Below, piece by piece: positions 41,020 to 52,164 of a DNA stretch of 64,000 bases (positions are counted from its first letter, which is position 1; each line of letters begins with the position of its first letter). Source of the DNA: an uncultured Planctomycetaceae bacterium (lineage in GTDB: Bacteria > Planctomycetota > Planctomycetia > Planctomycetales > Planctomycetaceae); assembly GCA_963813715.1 (NCBI GenBank), contig CAWFAK010000006.1, forward strand, positions 50,082-114,081, given 5' to 3'. Under the pieces are notes generated by a model. The model did no database searches, had not been told where the DNA came from, and was given only the letters and a program-made list of their open reading frames with translations. Made by a program: the position numbers and the translations under genes.

Positions 41020-43050
41020 ATGGCGACGATCACTCTGAAGAACTACGCGGAAGACCGTTGGGTGGCTGGCTCCGGAGAGCCGGCGGAGCTGCGCTCGGCG
41101 GTGACAGGCGACGTGGTCGCGCTGGCCTCGTCGCGGGGACTCGATTTCGCCGCGATGGCCCGGTTCGCCCGCGAGCAGGGGGGGCCGGCGCTCAGGGCCC
41201 TCACGTTTCATCAGCGGGCCGGCATGCTCAAGGCCCTGGCCGAGGCGCTCACCGCCCGTAAGCAGGAACTCTACGAACTGAGCTACGAAACCGGCGCGAC
41301 CAAGGGCGACACCTGGATCGACGTCGACGGCGGCATCGGCACGTTCGCCGTCTATCAATCGAAGGGCCGCCGCGAGTTGCCCAACGACCGCATCCTGATC
41401 GACGGCAACGTCGAAGGCCTGTCGAAAGGGGGTACCTTCCAGGGTCTGCACGTCTTCACCTCGCTGCAGGGTGTCGCCGTCCACATCAACGCGTTCAACT
41501 TCCCCGTCTGGGGGATGTTGGAAAAACTCGCGCCCACGCTCTTGGCCGGCCTGCCCGCGATCGTCAAACCGGCGAGCGCCACCGCGTACCTGGCCGAGGC
41601 GGCCGTCCGCATCCTGATCGAAGCGAACGTGCTCCCCAAGGGGGCGCTGCAACTCGTGACCGGCTCGCTCGGCGACCTGTTCGAGCATCTCACCTGTCAG
41701 GACGTCGTCTCCTTCACCGGCTCGGCGGAGACCGCCCAGAAGCTGCAAAGCCATCCCGTGATCGCCCGAGAAAGCGTGCGGTTCGTCGCCGAGCGCGACT
41801 CGCTCAATGCCTCGGTCCTCGGCCCCGACGTCCGACCCGATTCGCCCGAGTTCGAGCTCTTCGTCAAGGAAGTCGTCAAGGAGATGAGCGTAAAGGCGGG
41901 CCAAAAGTGTACGGCCATCCGCCGCGCCCTCGTCGCCGCGCCGCTCGTCGATGCGGTGCAGGCCGCCCTCAAATCGCGCTTGGAGAAAATCACCGTCGGC
42001 AACCCGCGCGACGAGGCCACCCGGATGGGCGCGCTCGTCAGCCTCGCCCAGCGCGATGCCGTCCGCGCCAAGATCAAAGAGCTGGCGGGCGAAGCGTCGA
42101 TCGTTTACGGCGATCCGGCGCACGTGAACGTCAGCGGGGCCGACGATCAGAAAGGGGCCTTCCTCTCGCCCGTCCTGTTGCGGTGCGATCGGCCGTGGCA
42201 GGCGCGGGCCGTGCACGACGTCGAGGCCTTTGGCCCGGTCACGACTCTGATGCCTTACCAAGACGGCGCCGACGCCATCGCGCTGGCCAATCGCGGCAAG
42301 GGATCGCTCGTGATGAGTGTCTTCAGCTACGACACCGATTTCGCCCGCGACGTCGTGCTGGGCTGCGGCGCGTTCCACGGACGGATCGCTTTCATCGACC
42401 GCGACAGCGGCAAGGAATCGACGGGCCACGGTTCGCCCATGCCTCACATGGTCCACGGCGGGCCCGGCCGCGCGGGCGGCGGCGAAGAGCTGGGAGGCAT
42501 TCGCGGCGTGACGCACTACCTGCAGCGGACGGCCTTGCAGGGTCACCCGCGGGTCCTCACCGCGATCACCAACCGTTACATTTCGGGCGCGCCCACGCAG
42601 CCGGCCGACCCGCATCCGTTTCGTCTCAAGTTCCACGAGTTGCCGATCGGCTACCAGCTCAAAACGCAGCCCCGCGAAATCACGATGGACGACATCGAGC
42701 ATTTCGCCCGCTTCACCGGCGACACGTTCTACGCCCACCTGGACGAAGAGGCGGCCCGCAAGAATCCTCTCTTCGGCGGCCGTGTGGCCCACGGCTATCT
42801 GATTCTCTCGTTCGCGGCCGGCCTGTTCGTCGACCCGGCCCCCGGCCCGGTGCTCGCCAACTACGGGCTCGACAACTTGCGATTCGTCAAACCGGTCAAG
42901 CCGGGCGAATCGATCCAGGTCGCCCTCACGGTGAAAGAGAAAACGCTCCGCAAGCCCGACCAGGGCGAAGTCCGCTGGGACGTCTTGGTCACCAACGGCG
43001 CGGGCGAAACCGTCGCGGTGTACGACCTGTTGACGATGAACGCGGCTTGA
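41020..43050 (+). CDS. paaZ: Bifunctional oxepin-CoA hydrolase / aldehyde dehydrogenase
   Basis: HINAFNFPVWGMLEKLAP, KAGQKCTAIRR, HGGPGRAGGGEELGG, and a MaoC domain (FTGDTFYAH, LANYGL). Confidence 0.96.
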   Translation: MATITLKNYAEDRWVAGSGEPAELRSAVTGDVVALASSRGLDFAAMARFAREQGGPALRALTFHQRAGMLKALAEALTARKQELYELSYETGATKGDTWIDVDGGIGTFAVYQSKGRRELPNDRILIDGNVEGLSKGGTFQGLHVFTSLQGVAVHINAFNFPVWGMLEKLAPTLLAGLPAIVKPASATAYLAEAAVRILIEANVLPKGALQLVTGSLGDLFEHLTCQDVVSFTGSAETAQKLQSHPVIARESVRFVAERDSLNASVLGPDVRPDSPEFELFVKEVVKEMSVKAGQKCTAIRRALVAAPLVDAVQAALKSRLEKITVGNPRDEATRMGALVSLAQRDAVRAKIKELAGEASIVYGDPAHVNVSGADDQKGAFLSPVLLRCDRPWQARAVHDVEAFGPVTTLMPYQDGADAIALANRGKGSLVMSVFSYDTDFARDVVLGCGAFHGRIAFIDRDSGKESTGHGSPMPHMVHGGPGRAGGGEELGGIRGVTHYLQRTALQGHPRVLTAITNRYISGAPTQPADPHPFRLKFHELPIGYQLKTQPREITMDDIEHFARFTGDTFYAHLDEEAARKNPLFGGRVAHGYLILSFAAGLFVDPAPGPVLANYGLDNLRFVKPVKPGESIQVALTVKEKTLRKPDQGEVRWDVLVTNGAGETVAVYDLLTMNAA

Positions 43051-43073
43051 ATCGCGCGCCGCGAGCTCACACC

Positions 43074-43140
43074 GAGCCGGGGGCGTCAGCCCCCGGAGAA
43101 TTCGTTCGGAGGATTCTCGGCCAGCTCACGCTGGCCGCTC
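43074..43140. repeat. Inverted REP-like doublet between convergent paaZ and eamA
   Basis: GAGC-CGGGGGC-GTCA-GCCCCCG-GAGAAT and, on the opposite strand, GAGC-GGCCAGC-GTGA-GCTGGCC-GAGAAT. Confidence 0.7.
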
Positions 43141-43159
43141 AGGATTCCACGCCCGCGCG

Positions 43160-43582
43160 CTAATTGCTCGCCAGAATGACCGCTCCCGCCACGATCAGTG
43201 CGCCGCCCGACACCACTCGCCAACCGAGCGGCTCATGCAAAAACACAAACGCCAACACGATCACGAAGACGACGCTGAGCTTGTCGACCGGCGCCACGCG
43301 GGAGGCGGGTCCCAACTGCAGGGCCCGGTAATAGCAGAGCCAGGACAGCCCCGTGGCCACTCCCGACAGGCAGAGGAAGAGCACGGAGCGCCCGGAGAGC
43401 TTGTTGAGCGGCTCCCACTCGCTGCGCCAGGAGACGATCAACGAGGTCATCGCGAAAATGACCAAGGTGCGGATCAGTGTCGCAAGATTGGAATTGATCT
43501 CGGCGACGCCCACCTTCCCAAAAATGGCCGTCAGACCGGCGAAGAATGCCGACGCGATTGCAAACATCTGCCACGAGGTCAT
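43160..43582 (-). CDS. EamA/DMT family transporter (single domain)
   Basis: AGLTAIFGKVG...NSNLATLIRT...LSWLCYYRALQLGPASRVAPVDKLSV. Confidence 0.9.
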   Translation of the reverse strand: MTSWQMFAIASAFFAGLTAIFGKVGVAEINSNLATLIRTLVIFAMTSLIVSWRSEWEPLNKLSGRSVLFLCLSGVATGLSWLCYYRALQLGPASRVAPVDKLSVVFVIVLAFVFLHEPLGWRVVSGGALIVAGAVILASN

Positions 43583-43739
43583 TCCCTGAGCCCCTTCGCA
43601 TGGGACGAGATCGATCCGCAGTAACGCGGTCGTTGACGAGGCACCCGGATTATAGACCCCGGCGCTCTGCAAGCGACCGGCCGAGTCTCACGAGCCGCGC
43701 ACGAACTTGCCAGGCACGGGCTCGCCGACACAGACTCGA

Positions 43740-45080
43740 CTAGGCGGCTACGGTCGAAGCGCGCGTGGTGCCCGGCGAAGAGGTTGACACGCCCGGCAAG
43801 TTCGCCAGGATTTCGATCGTCCGTTGCGTCGCTCCCTGCTGGGAGAGGACGAGCTCTTGGGCACGGGCGCCTTGCGCGCGGGCTCGCTCGGGATGGGCCA
43901 GGCAGTCGGCGACGGCGGCCGTCAGCTCGGCACCATTGTGCACGACGCGAGCAGCGTCCGCGGAGAGCAGCCGCTCGACCACGTCGCGAAAGTTGTGAGT
44001 ATTGGGGCCGAAGAGCACGGCTGCCCCGTAGCCCGCCGGCTCGATCATGTTTTGCCCACCGCGATTGGTGAGGCTGCCGCCGACAAACGCCACGTCAGCC
44101 AGTCCCCAACAGGCGGCCAACTCGCCCAACGTGTCCAGCAGCAACACGGCCGGTGAGTCGTGGCGAAGAGCCGCGTTCGATGCGGAGCTGCGACGACAGA
44201 GTGGCAGTCCGCGGGACTCGATCAGCTGGGCCACGTCCTCGAAGCGTTCCTTATGTCGAGGAACGAGGATCAGTCGGAGAGCCGGAAAACTCGCGCGCAC
44301 GGTGAGGTACGCGTCGATCGCCGCCGCCTCCTCGCTTTCCTGCGTGCTGCCGGCAACGAAAACCGGCTCGGATTCGCCGATGCCGAAGGCGGCCCGCAGC
44401 TCGAGCGTCTTCGGGTTGCGGCGATTGCTCTCGACGCGGTCGAACTTGATCGAGCCGGTAATCGAGAGCCGCTGCGGTGAGGCGCCCAGTTCCAGAAACC
44501 GCTCCGCGTAGGTCCGATTCTGGACGGCGACCGCGTGCAGGCTGCCCAGAAGCCTCGCCACCAGCGGTCGCAGCCGGCGGTAGCCACGGAGGCTGTGTTC
44601 ACTTAGCCGGCCGTTAATCAGGGCGACGGGAATGCCCGAGCGATGCGCGTGCAGGATGAAGTTGGGCCACAGCTCCAGCTCAACCAGCACGATGGCGGTC
44701 GGGCGGAGGCGGGCGACGGCTTCGCGCACGGCCCAGGAAAAGTCGAGCGGGAAATAACAGACGGAGTCCCGCGGAAATTTCGCCTCCGCCACGGAGCGGC
44801 CAGTGGGCGTCGTCGTCGAGATCACAAATTCGACGGCCGGCAGGCGAATGCGGAGCTCCTTCAAAACGGGCTCGAGCTGCAACACCTCGCCCACGCTGAC
44901 CGCGTGGAACCACAGACAGGGCCGATCGCCCGCGCGTCGCTGCACCTGCCCGAGCAGTTTTTCCCGCCAGCCCGTGCGGTACTTGCCGCGGACCACGATC
45001 CGCCACAAGAGCATCGGCGAGAGGGCCGCCAAGAGTGCGAAATAGGCGACGTTGAGCAACCAGGGCATTGGAGCGGGCAT
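43740..45080 (-). CDS. waaA: 3-deoxy-D-manno-octulosonic acid transferase
   Basis: WFHAVSVGEV, FPLDFSW, ELELWPN, VPRHKERF, GGSLTNRGGQNMIEPA. Confidence 0.95.
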   Translation of the reverse strand: MPAPMPWLLNVAYFALLAALSPMLLWRIVVRGKYRTGWREKLLGQVQRRAGDRPCLWFHAVSVGEVLQLEPVLKELRIRLPAVEFVISTTTPTGRSVAEAKFPRDSVCYFPLDFSWAVREAVARLRPTAIVLVELELWPNFILHAHRSGIPVALINGRLSEHSLRGYRRLRPLVARLLGSLHAVAVQNRTYAERFLELGASPQRLSITGSIKFDRVESNRRNPKTLELRAAFGIGESEPVFVAGSTQESEEAAAIDAYLTVRASFPALRLILVPRHKERFEDVAQLIESRGLPLCRRSSASNAALRHDSPAVLLLDTLGELAACWGLADVAFVGGSLTNRGGQNMIEPAGYGAAVLFGPNTHNFRDVVERLLSADAARVVHNGAELTAAVADCLAHPERARAQGARAQELVLSQQGATQRTIEILANLPGVSTSSPGTTRASTVAA

Positions 45081-45150
45081 CCTTTCCCAGCTCGTTCGAC
45101 TCTATCCTGCGCAAATTCAGTTTATTCGTGACAGTTCAGACGCCCGCCCG

Positions 45151-48100
45151 TCAGGCCCCCGCTCCGTGGCACTTCTTATACTTCTTGCCGCTGCCGCAGG
45201 GACACGGATCGTTGCGGCCGACCTTCGGCTGACGATTGTGAATTGGTTCGACGGCGGTCGCCTCGGGGCTGTGGCCTCCCTGGGTTTCGGTCACTTCGCC
45301 GTCGCTGCTGGTCATCGGAGCCGCTTCCGCGTGGTTGACGGCGGTGATCTCCCACAGCGAGCCGACGAAGGCCGGGCTTTCCTTTTCGATGCGGAAGATG
45401 GCCGACGTGACCTGTTGATCGACGCGGTCCCACATCGCCAGGAAGGTTTTGCGGCCCTCGCGCTTGTACTCGACCTTGGGGTCGAGCTGAGCGTACCCGA
45501 CCAGGCCAATCCCCGCGCGGAGATGGTCCATGAAATAGAGATGGTCTTTCCACGCGGTATCGAGGATTTCGAGAATCAGCGCCCGTTCCGTCTGGGCCAG
45601 CTCGGGGCGATACCGCGCGTCGTAAGCCTGCAGCACGCGGTTCTTGGCCGCTTCTTCGTCGAGCGGCTCGAGCTCGTTCGCATCGAGATTGAGGTGATAG
45701 TCCTGGCTCGCCCAGCGGGCCAGTTCGTTGAGCGTCTGGGAGCGGTCGGGCGAATTCTGCGGGGGGACGTGGCCGTTACGCTGCGTCTCCGCCTTGTGTA
45801 GGTACTCGTCGGCCTTGTCCAGCACTTCGCCGTTGACGAAGAACTTCTGGCTCGTCTCGCGGAGCAGACCTTCGATCTCGTTGCGGGGACGATTCTTGAC
45901 GTCGTCGACCGGCAGCGCGGCCTGGAACCGCTCGTTGGCCCAGCGGACGAGCCCCTCACGGTTGTACCGTTCGCCGCCGCCGCCCGGCCCCTCGGCCATG
46001 AAGTTCGTCATGCCAACGGAGACGGGGAACTCGACCTCCTTCTGGCGATAGAGGTCGTCGATCTTGCGGCGGACCAGCTCGACTGCCTCCTCGGGACCGC
46101 CCAGATCGGTGAAGTCTTCGGGCCGCATCTCCAGCGTAAGTTGCTGATGCAGCCAGCCGCACACCGATTTCGGGCCGAACTGCGGATCGAGCAGCACGTC
46201 GACCGGCGTGAAGTCGAAGCGGGCGATCGCCTCTTTGGCCCGCGGCAGCAGGTCGGCCAAGAGCGCGTCGCGGCCGATCTTCTTCAGTTCGCGATCATTC
46301 GTGTTGAGACCGTAGCGGACGTTGACGAACCGCGACAGCGCGAGCCAGTTCCAGTCGTTGGTGTCCTCGGCCTCGCTCGGCAGATCTTCCTCGATCTTCT
46401 CGGCAATGTCAGCCTCGGCCTGTCGGCCGGCTTCGTCGAGCAGGAATTCCTCCAGCCGCTGCCGGTCCATGCCGTCGACGGAGCGAGCGTCGACCTCGAT
46501 GCCCATCGAGTGCGAGGCCCAGCCGGCGATCGTTTCCCAGCGGTAGGCCGGCTCGAGCAGCTTGGGCACCATCAGCCGGATCTGCTTGTCGATCATGTCG
46601 AGAATCAGTTGCCGGCAATTTCCGCCTTCCAGAATCCGCTGCCGATACCTGTAGACCTGCTTTCTCTGCTCGTCCATGACTTCGTCATATTCGAGCAGGT
46701 GCTTACGCATGTCGGCGTGGCGCTCTTCCACTTTCTTCTCGGCGCCTTGGATCTGCCGGTTGACCATCCGGCTTTCGATGGCCTCGCCTTCCTGCATGCC
46801 GAGCCGAGTGAGAATGTTCTTCACAAAGTCGCCGGCGAAGATCCGCATCAGGTCGTCTTCGAGCGACAGGAAAAAGCGGCTGGAGCCGGGGTCGCCTTGC
46901 CGACCGCTGCGTCCGCGCAACTGCAGGTCGATGCGCCGTGCCTCGTGGCGTTCGGTGCCGATCACGTGCAGGCCGCCCGCTTCCGCGACCTTGCGCCCCT
47001 CCTCGACCATTCCCTCTTCTTTGCCGATTTTCGCCGTCAGCTCGTCCCAAACGACTTTGGGAACGTCGAGGCGGGACGCGTATTGATGGCGGAGCTGGTC
47101 CCACGCCATGTATTCGGGATTGCCCCCCAGGATGATGTCGGTGCCGCGGCCCGCCATGTTGGTGGCGATGGTGACGGCCGATTCGCGGCCGGCCTGGGCG
47201 ATGATTTCGGCCTCGCGCTCGTGATACTTGGCGTTCAGAGACCGCGTGCTTGATGCCAAAGCGGCCGATCTTGTCGCTGAGCAACTCGGACTTTTCGATC
47301 GACACGGTGCCGACCAGGATCGGGCGGCCCGTCTGGTGGACTTCGCGAATCTCGTTGACGACCGCATCCCACTTCTCGCGCTCGCTCTTGTAAATCACAT
47401 CCATGGTGTTGATGCGGCGGAGCGGCTTGTTCGTGGGAATGGTGACGACGTCGAGCTTATAGGTTTTCCAGAACTCGGTGGCCTCGGTCATGGCCGTACC
47501 GGTCATGCCGCCCAGCTTCTTGTAAAGCTTGAAATAGTTCTGCAGCGTGATCGTGGCCAGGGTCTGCGTTTCGGCCTTGATCGTCACGCCTTCCTTGGCT
47601 TCGACCGCCTGATGCAGACCATCGCTCCATTGGCGGCCTTCCATCTTGCGCCCGGTGAACTCGTCGACGATGATCACCGTCCCCTGTTCGACGACGTAGT
47701 TCACGTCGCGCTTATACAGGTAATGGGCCTTGAGCGCGTTATCGATCAGGTGCGGCCATTCCATGTTGCCGGCGGTGTAAAAGCTCTCCACGCCGGCGAG
47801 CTTTTCGGCCTCGCGCACGCCCGCATCGGTCAGGTTGCAGGTGTGCTCCTTCTCTTTCACTTCGAAGTGCACGCCCTTCTGCAGCTGCCGGGCGATGCGG
47901 TCGGCCTTGGGATACTTCGACGTGTCGTCGTGGGCGAAGCCCGAGATGATGAGCGGCGTTCGCGCCTCGTCGATCAGAATGTTGTCGATTTCGTCGACAA
48001 TCGCGTATTGCAGCGGGCGCTGGACCTGGATGTCCTTCGACGGCTTCATGTTGTCGCGGAGGTAATCGAAGCCGAACTCGTTGTTGGTGCCGTACGTGAT

Positions 48101-48709
48101 GTCGCTGGCGTAGGCAACCTTCCTCTCTTCGGAATCCATGTTCGCCTGAATGGCGCCGACGGTGAGCCCCAGGCCGAGGTACAGCGGCCCCATCCATTCC
48201 ATGTCGCGGCGGGCCAGATAATCATTCACCGTGACGACGTGCACGGAGCCGACAAGGCCGTTCAAGAACGCGGGCAGCGTGGCGACCAGCGTTTTGCCTT
48301 CGCCGGTGACCATTTCGGCAATCATCCCCTTGTGGAGGAAGTAGGCGCCGATCATCTGCACGTCGTAGTGCCGCATCTTGAGAAAGCGGCGGCCCGCCTC
48401 GCGCACCGCTGCAAAGGCGTCGGGCAGAATGTCGTCAAGCGTTTCGCCGGCAGTCAGCCGGGCGCGGAGCTTCGTCGCCGTTTGCTTCAGCTCATCGTCC
48501 GACAGTTTTTGCCAGTCGGCTTCTTGCGAATTGATGCGGTCGAGGATCGAGCCGGGGATGACCTTCGAGGTCCCCCGTCTTTCATCCCGGTCGAAGCCGA
48601 ATTTGCGGATACGGCGGCGGTTGGACGAGCCAAAAATGGCCGTAATGAACCGTTCGATCCACCCGGTGAATACCGTGAACCAGTCGCCGATGCGATCAAG
48701 AAAGTCCAT
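45151..48709 (-). CDS. secA: Preprotein translocase ATPase SecA (frameshift near 47240)
   Basis: [78 protein letters not shown]. Confidence 0.97.
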
Positions 48710-49033
48710 GACCGAGACACCCCAACTGTCGAAATGGCAGCGGCGTTTGTCCGCTACGTCAAAACGAGGATCGCGGAACGCAAGAGAGCCCCGGGCGATC
48801 CGCGGATCGGACGCAGCCGGAAAAACGTAACCGCCGTCTGCGCCAAAGTTTATTACCGGACGCTGAACGGGTCAATGTCCTTCGCGCGGGCGATTGCCCC
48901 TGCGGAAATGACTATTTCGCAACAAGCGTGCCGCGGGGGTGGGTCAGCCAAACTGGGCGTTGGCCGGGCAACCACCGGAGATGCCAAAACGTCTGGCGGG
49001 CGGCGGCTAGCGCGCCGGCGCTTAGAAGGCGGG

Positions 49034-50461
49034 TTACCGGTCCAGAATCTCGCGGACGACGCGACCCTCGGCCGCCGGCAGCGGCACGTGCAGGAGATGG
49101 GCAATCGTGGGCGCGACGTCGATGTTTTCGATCTGTTTTACCCGCGTGCCCGCTCGAATTCCGGCTCCCCAGGCGACGAACGTCGCGTGCATGTAGGCCG
49201 GCTCGGGCCGATGGCCGTGACATCCCTTGTGCCCGCCGCCATCCGCGATGGGCTCACCGACGGCCGCGTCGTCAAACTCGAAGCCGGGATGCGTCGTCAG
49301 GATCAGTTGGGCCATTTCCGGATTATCCGCGGGTCGAGGCAGGCCTAGCTTCTCAAATTCGGCCGGCTCGAGCACGCTGTCGACCGCCTCGAGCTGTTTT
49401 AGCGCCGCGCGAATTTCCGCGGCCCGCGACTGCGACTCTTTGTCAAACAGATAGACGAACGCCGACCCGCCCGTGGCGACGCTCCAGGCGCTCCGCCGCG
49501 CGACGTTGCCCGACTTGTCGGTCGTGATCAGGCCGAGCCGCGCCAAAATCACGTTGGGGCGAATGAGCTTGTCGTAGGGGGCAAAGCCGTGATCCGAGAC
49601 GACGAACAACGTCGTTTCAGCGGCCTGCGGCGACTTTTGGATCGCGTCCCAGATCTCTTTTACGCAATGATCCTCGAACGCCACCGCCTGATACGCGGGC
49701 AGGGTCTGCGGACCGAAGACGTGTTGAATGCCGTCGGCCGAAACCAGGTGCACGAGCAGCAGGTTGACCTCCTTCTTGCCGACGAAATACGCGGCTGCCT
49801 GCGCGTAGAGCCGATCGCGCCGCAACGCGTATTGCTTCTGCCAGCCCCACGCACCGAGCTGTGAGATATCGATGCCTGCCGCGCCCAGCTCCGCGACCAG
49901 GCCGGGTGTGGTGTACCGCTGATGCAGTTCGACTCGCGCGGCGTCCGGGATCATCCAGTCGAGACTGCGGGCTCCGTTCGTCGCCGGCCAGATGACCGCG
50001 GCCGTCTTCAAGCCCGCGGCGTGGGCCGCATCGTAGAGCGTCTCGACGTGGACCGTCTGGTCCTTCGTGAGTACCGGATCGCCGATGTAGACGACCGGTT
50101 GTCGCGAGCGGCGATCGAAAACCGTGTTGGCCAGCACGCCGTGGGTCCGCGGCCGAGTGCCCGTGATGAGCGACGTGTGCGACGGCCAGGTCACGCTCGG
50201 GAACGACGTGATCATGCCGTCGGCCGACGCGCCCAGTTTCCGCAGCCGACGCAGCGTCGGCATGTCGGCCTTGGGGTCGTCCAAGTAACTGGCCGCCAAT
50301 CCATCGACGCTGACCAGCACCACGTGCTTGACGTCCGCCGCCGATGAGGCGGTCGCCGCGGCTAGTAACAACAGCACACCGAGGGCCGGCAGCGCCTGCG
50401 CGAGAAAGAACAAGACGAGAGCCACACACGAGTCGCGCCACGCTCGGCCGAGGAGCTTCAT
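49034..50461 (-). CDS. Alkaline phosphatase superfamily nucleotide pyrophosphatase/phosphodiesterase
   Basis: VSVDGL, PSVTWPSHTSLITG (Thr nucleophile), VSDHGF, GCHG, NIDVAPTIA. Confidence 0.9.
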   Translation of the reverse strand: MKLLGRAWRDSCVALVLFFLAQALPALGVLLLLAAATASSAADVKHVVLVSVDGLAASYLDDPKADMPTLRRLRKLGASADGMITSFPSVTWPSHTSLITGTRPRTHGVLANTVFDRRSRQPVVYIGDPVLTKDQTVHVETLYDAAHAAGLKTAAVIWPATNGARSLDWMIPDAARVELHQRYTTPGLVAELGAAGIDISQLGAWGWQKQYALRRDRLYAQAAAYFVGKKEVNLLLVHLVSADGIQHVFGPQTLPAYQAVAFEDHCVKEIWDAIQKSPQAAETTLFVVSDHGFAPYDKLIRPNVILARLGLITTDKSGNVARRSAWSVATGGSAFVYLFDKESQSRAAEIRAALKQLEAVDSVLEPAEFEKLGLPRPADNPEMAQLILTTHPGFEFDDAAVGEPIADGGGHKGCHGHRPEPAYMHATFVAWGAGIRAGTRVKQIENIDVAPTIAHLLHVPLPAAEGRVVREILDR

Positions 50462-50495
50462 CGTTGCCGACTTTCTTTGGTCATCGCGGCGCAAG

Positions 50496-52035
50496 TCAAT
50501 TGGCCGCGGAATCCGGACGGCTGCGGCCGCTCTGCTCGATTTGCTCGAGCTTGGCGCGGAGCGCGCGGACGATGTCCGGGTGCGCGGCGGCGACGTTCGT
50601 CTGTTCCTGCCGATCCGTCTTCAAGTTATAGAGCTGCGCGTCGAGTTCCCCCGGACGCGGCCGAATCCGCACCGGCGCGGTGAAACCACCCGACCCGAGC
50701 CCGAGCACCAGTTTCCAGTCTCCCGAGCGGATCGCGAACATTCCCGACCCGGAGTGATGCACGACCGCATCGCGGATCGGTCCCCTGTTCTCCTGGAGGA
50801 GCGCGGGCCGCAGGTCAAAACTGTCTTCGGCCGCGTCGTGCGGAAGGGAGACGCCGGCCACGTCGGTGCAAGTGGCCATCAAGTCGACCAGGCAACCCAG
50901 TTCGTTGCTCGTCGAGCCGGCGTGCACGTGCCCCGGCCAGCGGACGATGAACGGAATCCGATGACCGCCATCGTAGGCGTCCGACTTCTGGCCGCGGTTC
51001 TCGAGATTGGACCGGTGCCCGAATTGCGCGATCTCTTCCGGCGTCCAGCGGGCGCCGTTGTCGCTGGCGAACGCCAGGAACGTGCTCTCCGTCAACCCGT
51101 TGCGGTCAAGCGCGCTCAGCACCTCGCCGACCGACGCGTCGACCGTCTCCACAAAATCGCCGTAGTCGCCCGCGCCGCTGTGCCCGCGGAATTTATCGCT
51201 GGGCAGATAGGGTGTGTGCGGACCGGAGAGCGCCAAATACAGAAAGAAAGGCCGCGTCGCCGACGATTTCGCCTGCCCATCGAGAAAGCTCACGGCCCGC
51301 TCGGTCAGCCGGGGCAGCACGTCGGCGTGGCGAAACGAGGGAGCCATCGCCCCCTTCCGCCAGAACGGGCCGCGCGCGTGTTGAGTGTCGCCGCTGTCGC
51401 CCACAGTGGCCGTGGGCATTTCCGTCGGGCGATCGTTCTCGACAAACACATAGGGAGGCATGTCGAGCGAAGCCGGGATGCCAAAGAACTCGTCGAAGCC
51501 GACAGTGATTGGTCCCGGACGCAACGGCCGCGAGTAATCGACCGGTTGATCGCGTTCGCCGCGCTTTGGATCGAATGGCTGAAAGCCGAGATGCCATTTG
51601 CCAATGCCGGCCGTCGCGTAGCCCTGCGCTTTCAACAGCGACGGGAGCGTCGGGCGGCCTTCCTCGATGAGGGCTCGCGAATAACCTTGCAGCACGCCCG
51701 ACTTCATCCGCGTCCGCCAGGCATAGCGACCGGTGAGGATCGCGTAACGTGTCGGCGAGCACACGGACGACGGCGAGTGCACGTCGGTGAAACGCATCCC
51801 CTCGCGCGAGGCGATCGATGGCAGGCGTGCGAATCTTCGAGTCCGGGTTGTAGCAGCCCGGGTCGCCGATCCCCAGATCGTCGACGAGCAGAATCACGAT
51901 GTTCGGCCGCTGTGCGGTTAACGCCCGCCGCGGCTGATCCGCCCGACAGACTCCAGCCAAAATGGCGCACAGCGTCAAGCTGGCGGCCGCAACCATCCAA
52001 TCCGACAACGGTCGCACGCGACGATTCCCGAACAT
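50496..52035 (-). CDS. Arylsulfatase (canonical CxPxR; frameshift near 51805)
   Basis: [43 protein letters not shown]. Confidence 0.93.
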
Positions 52036-52164
52036 GACTTGGACTGCGAGCCAACAGGAGCAATCGATCCACCGTCACGCGCCGTTGAAGTGAGTGATGG
52101 CGTTGGGGCCGGGGACGCCCATCGGGTTCTGATCGAGCCTGCCGAGGGGGCGTCGTCGCGAATT

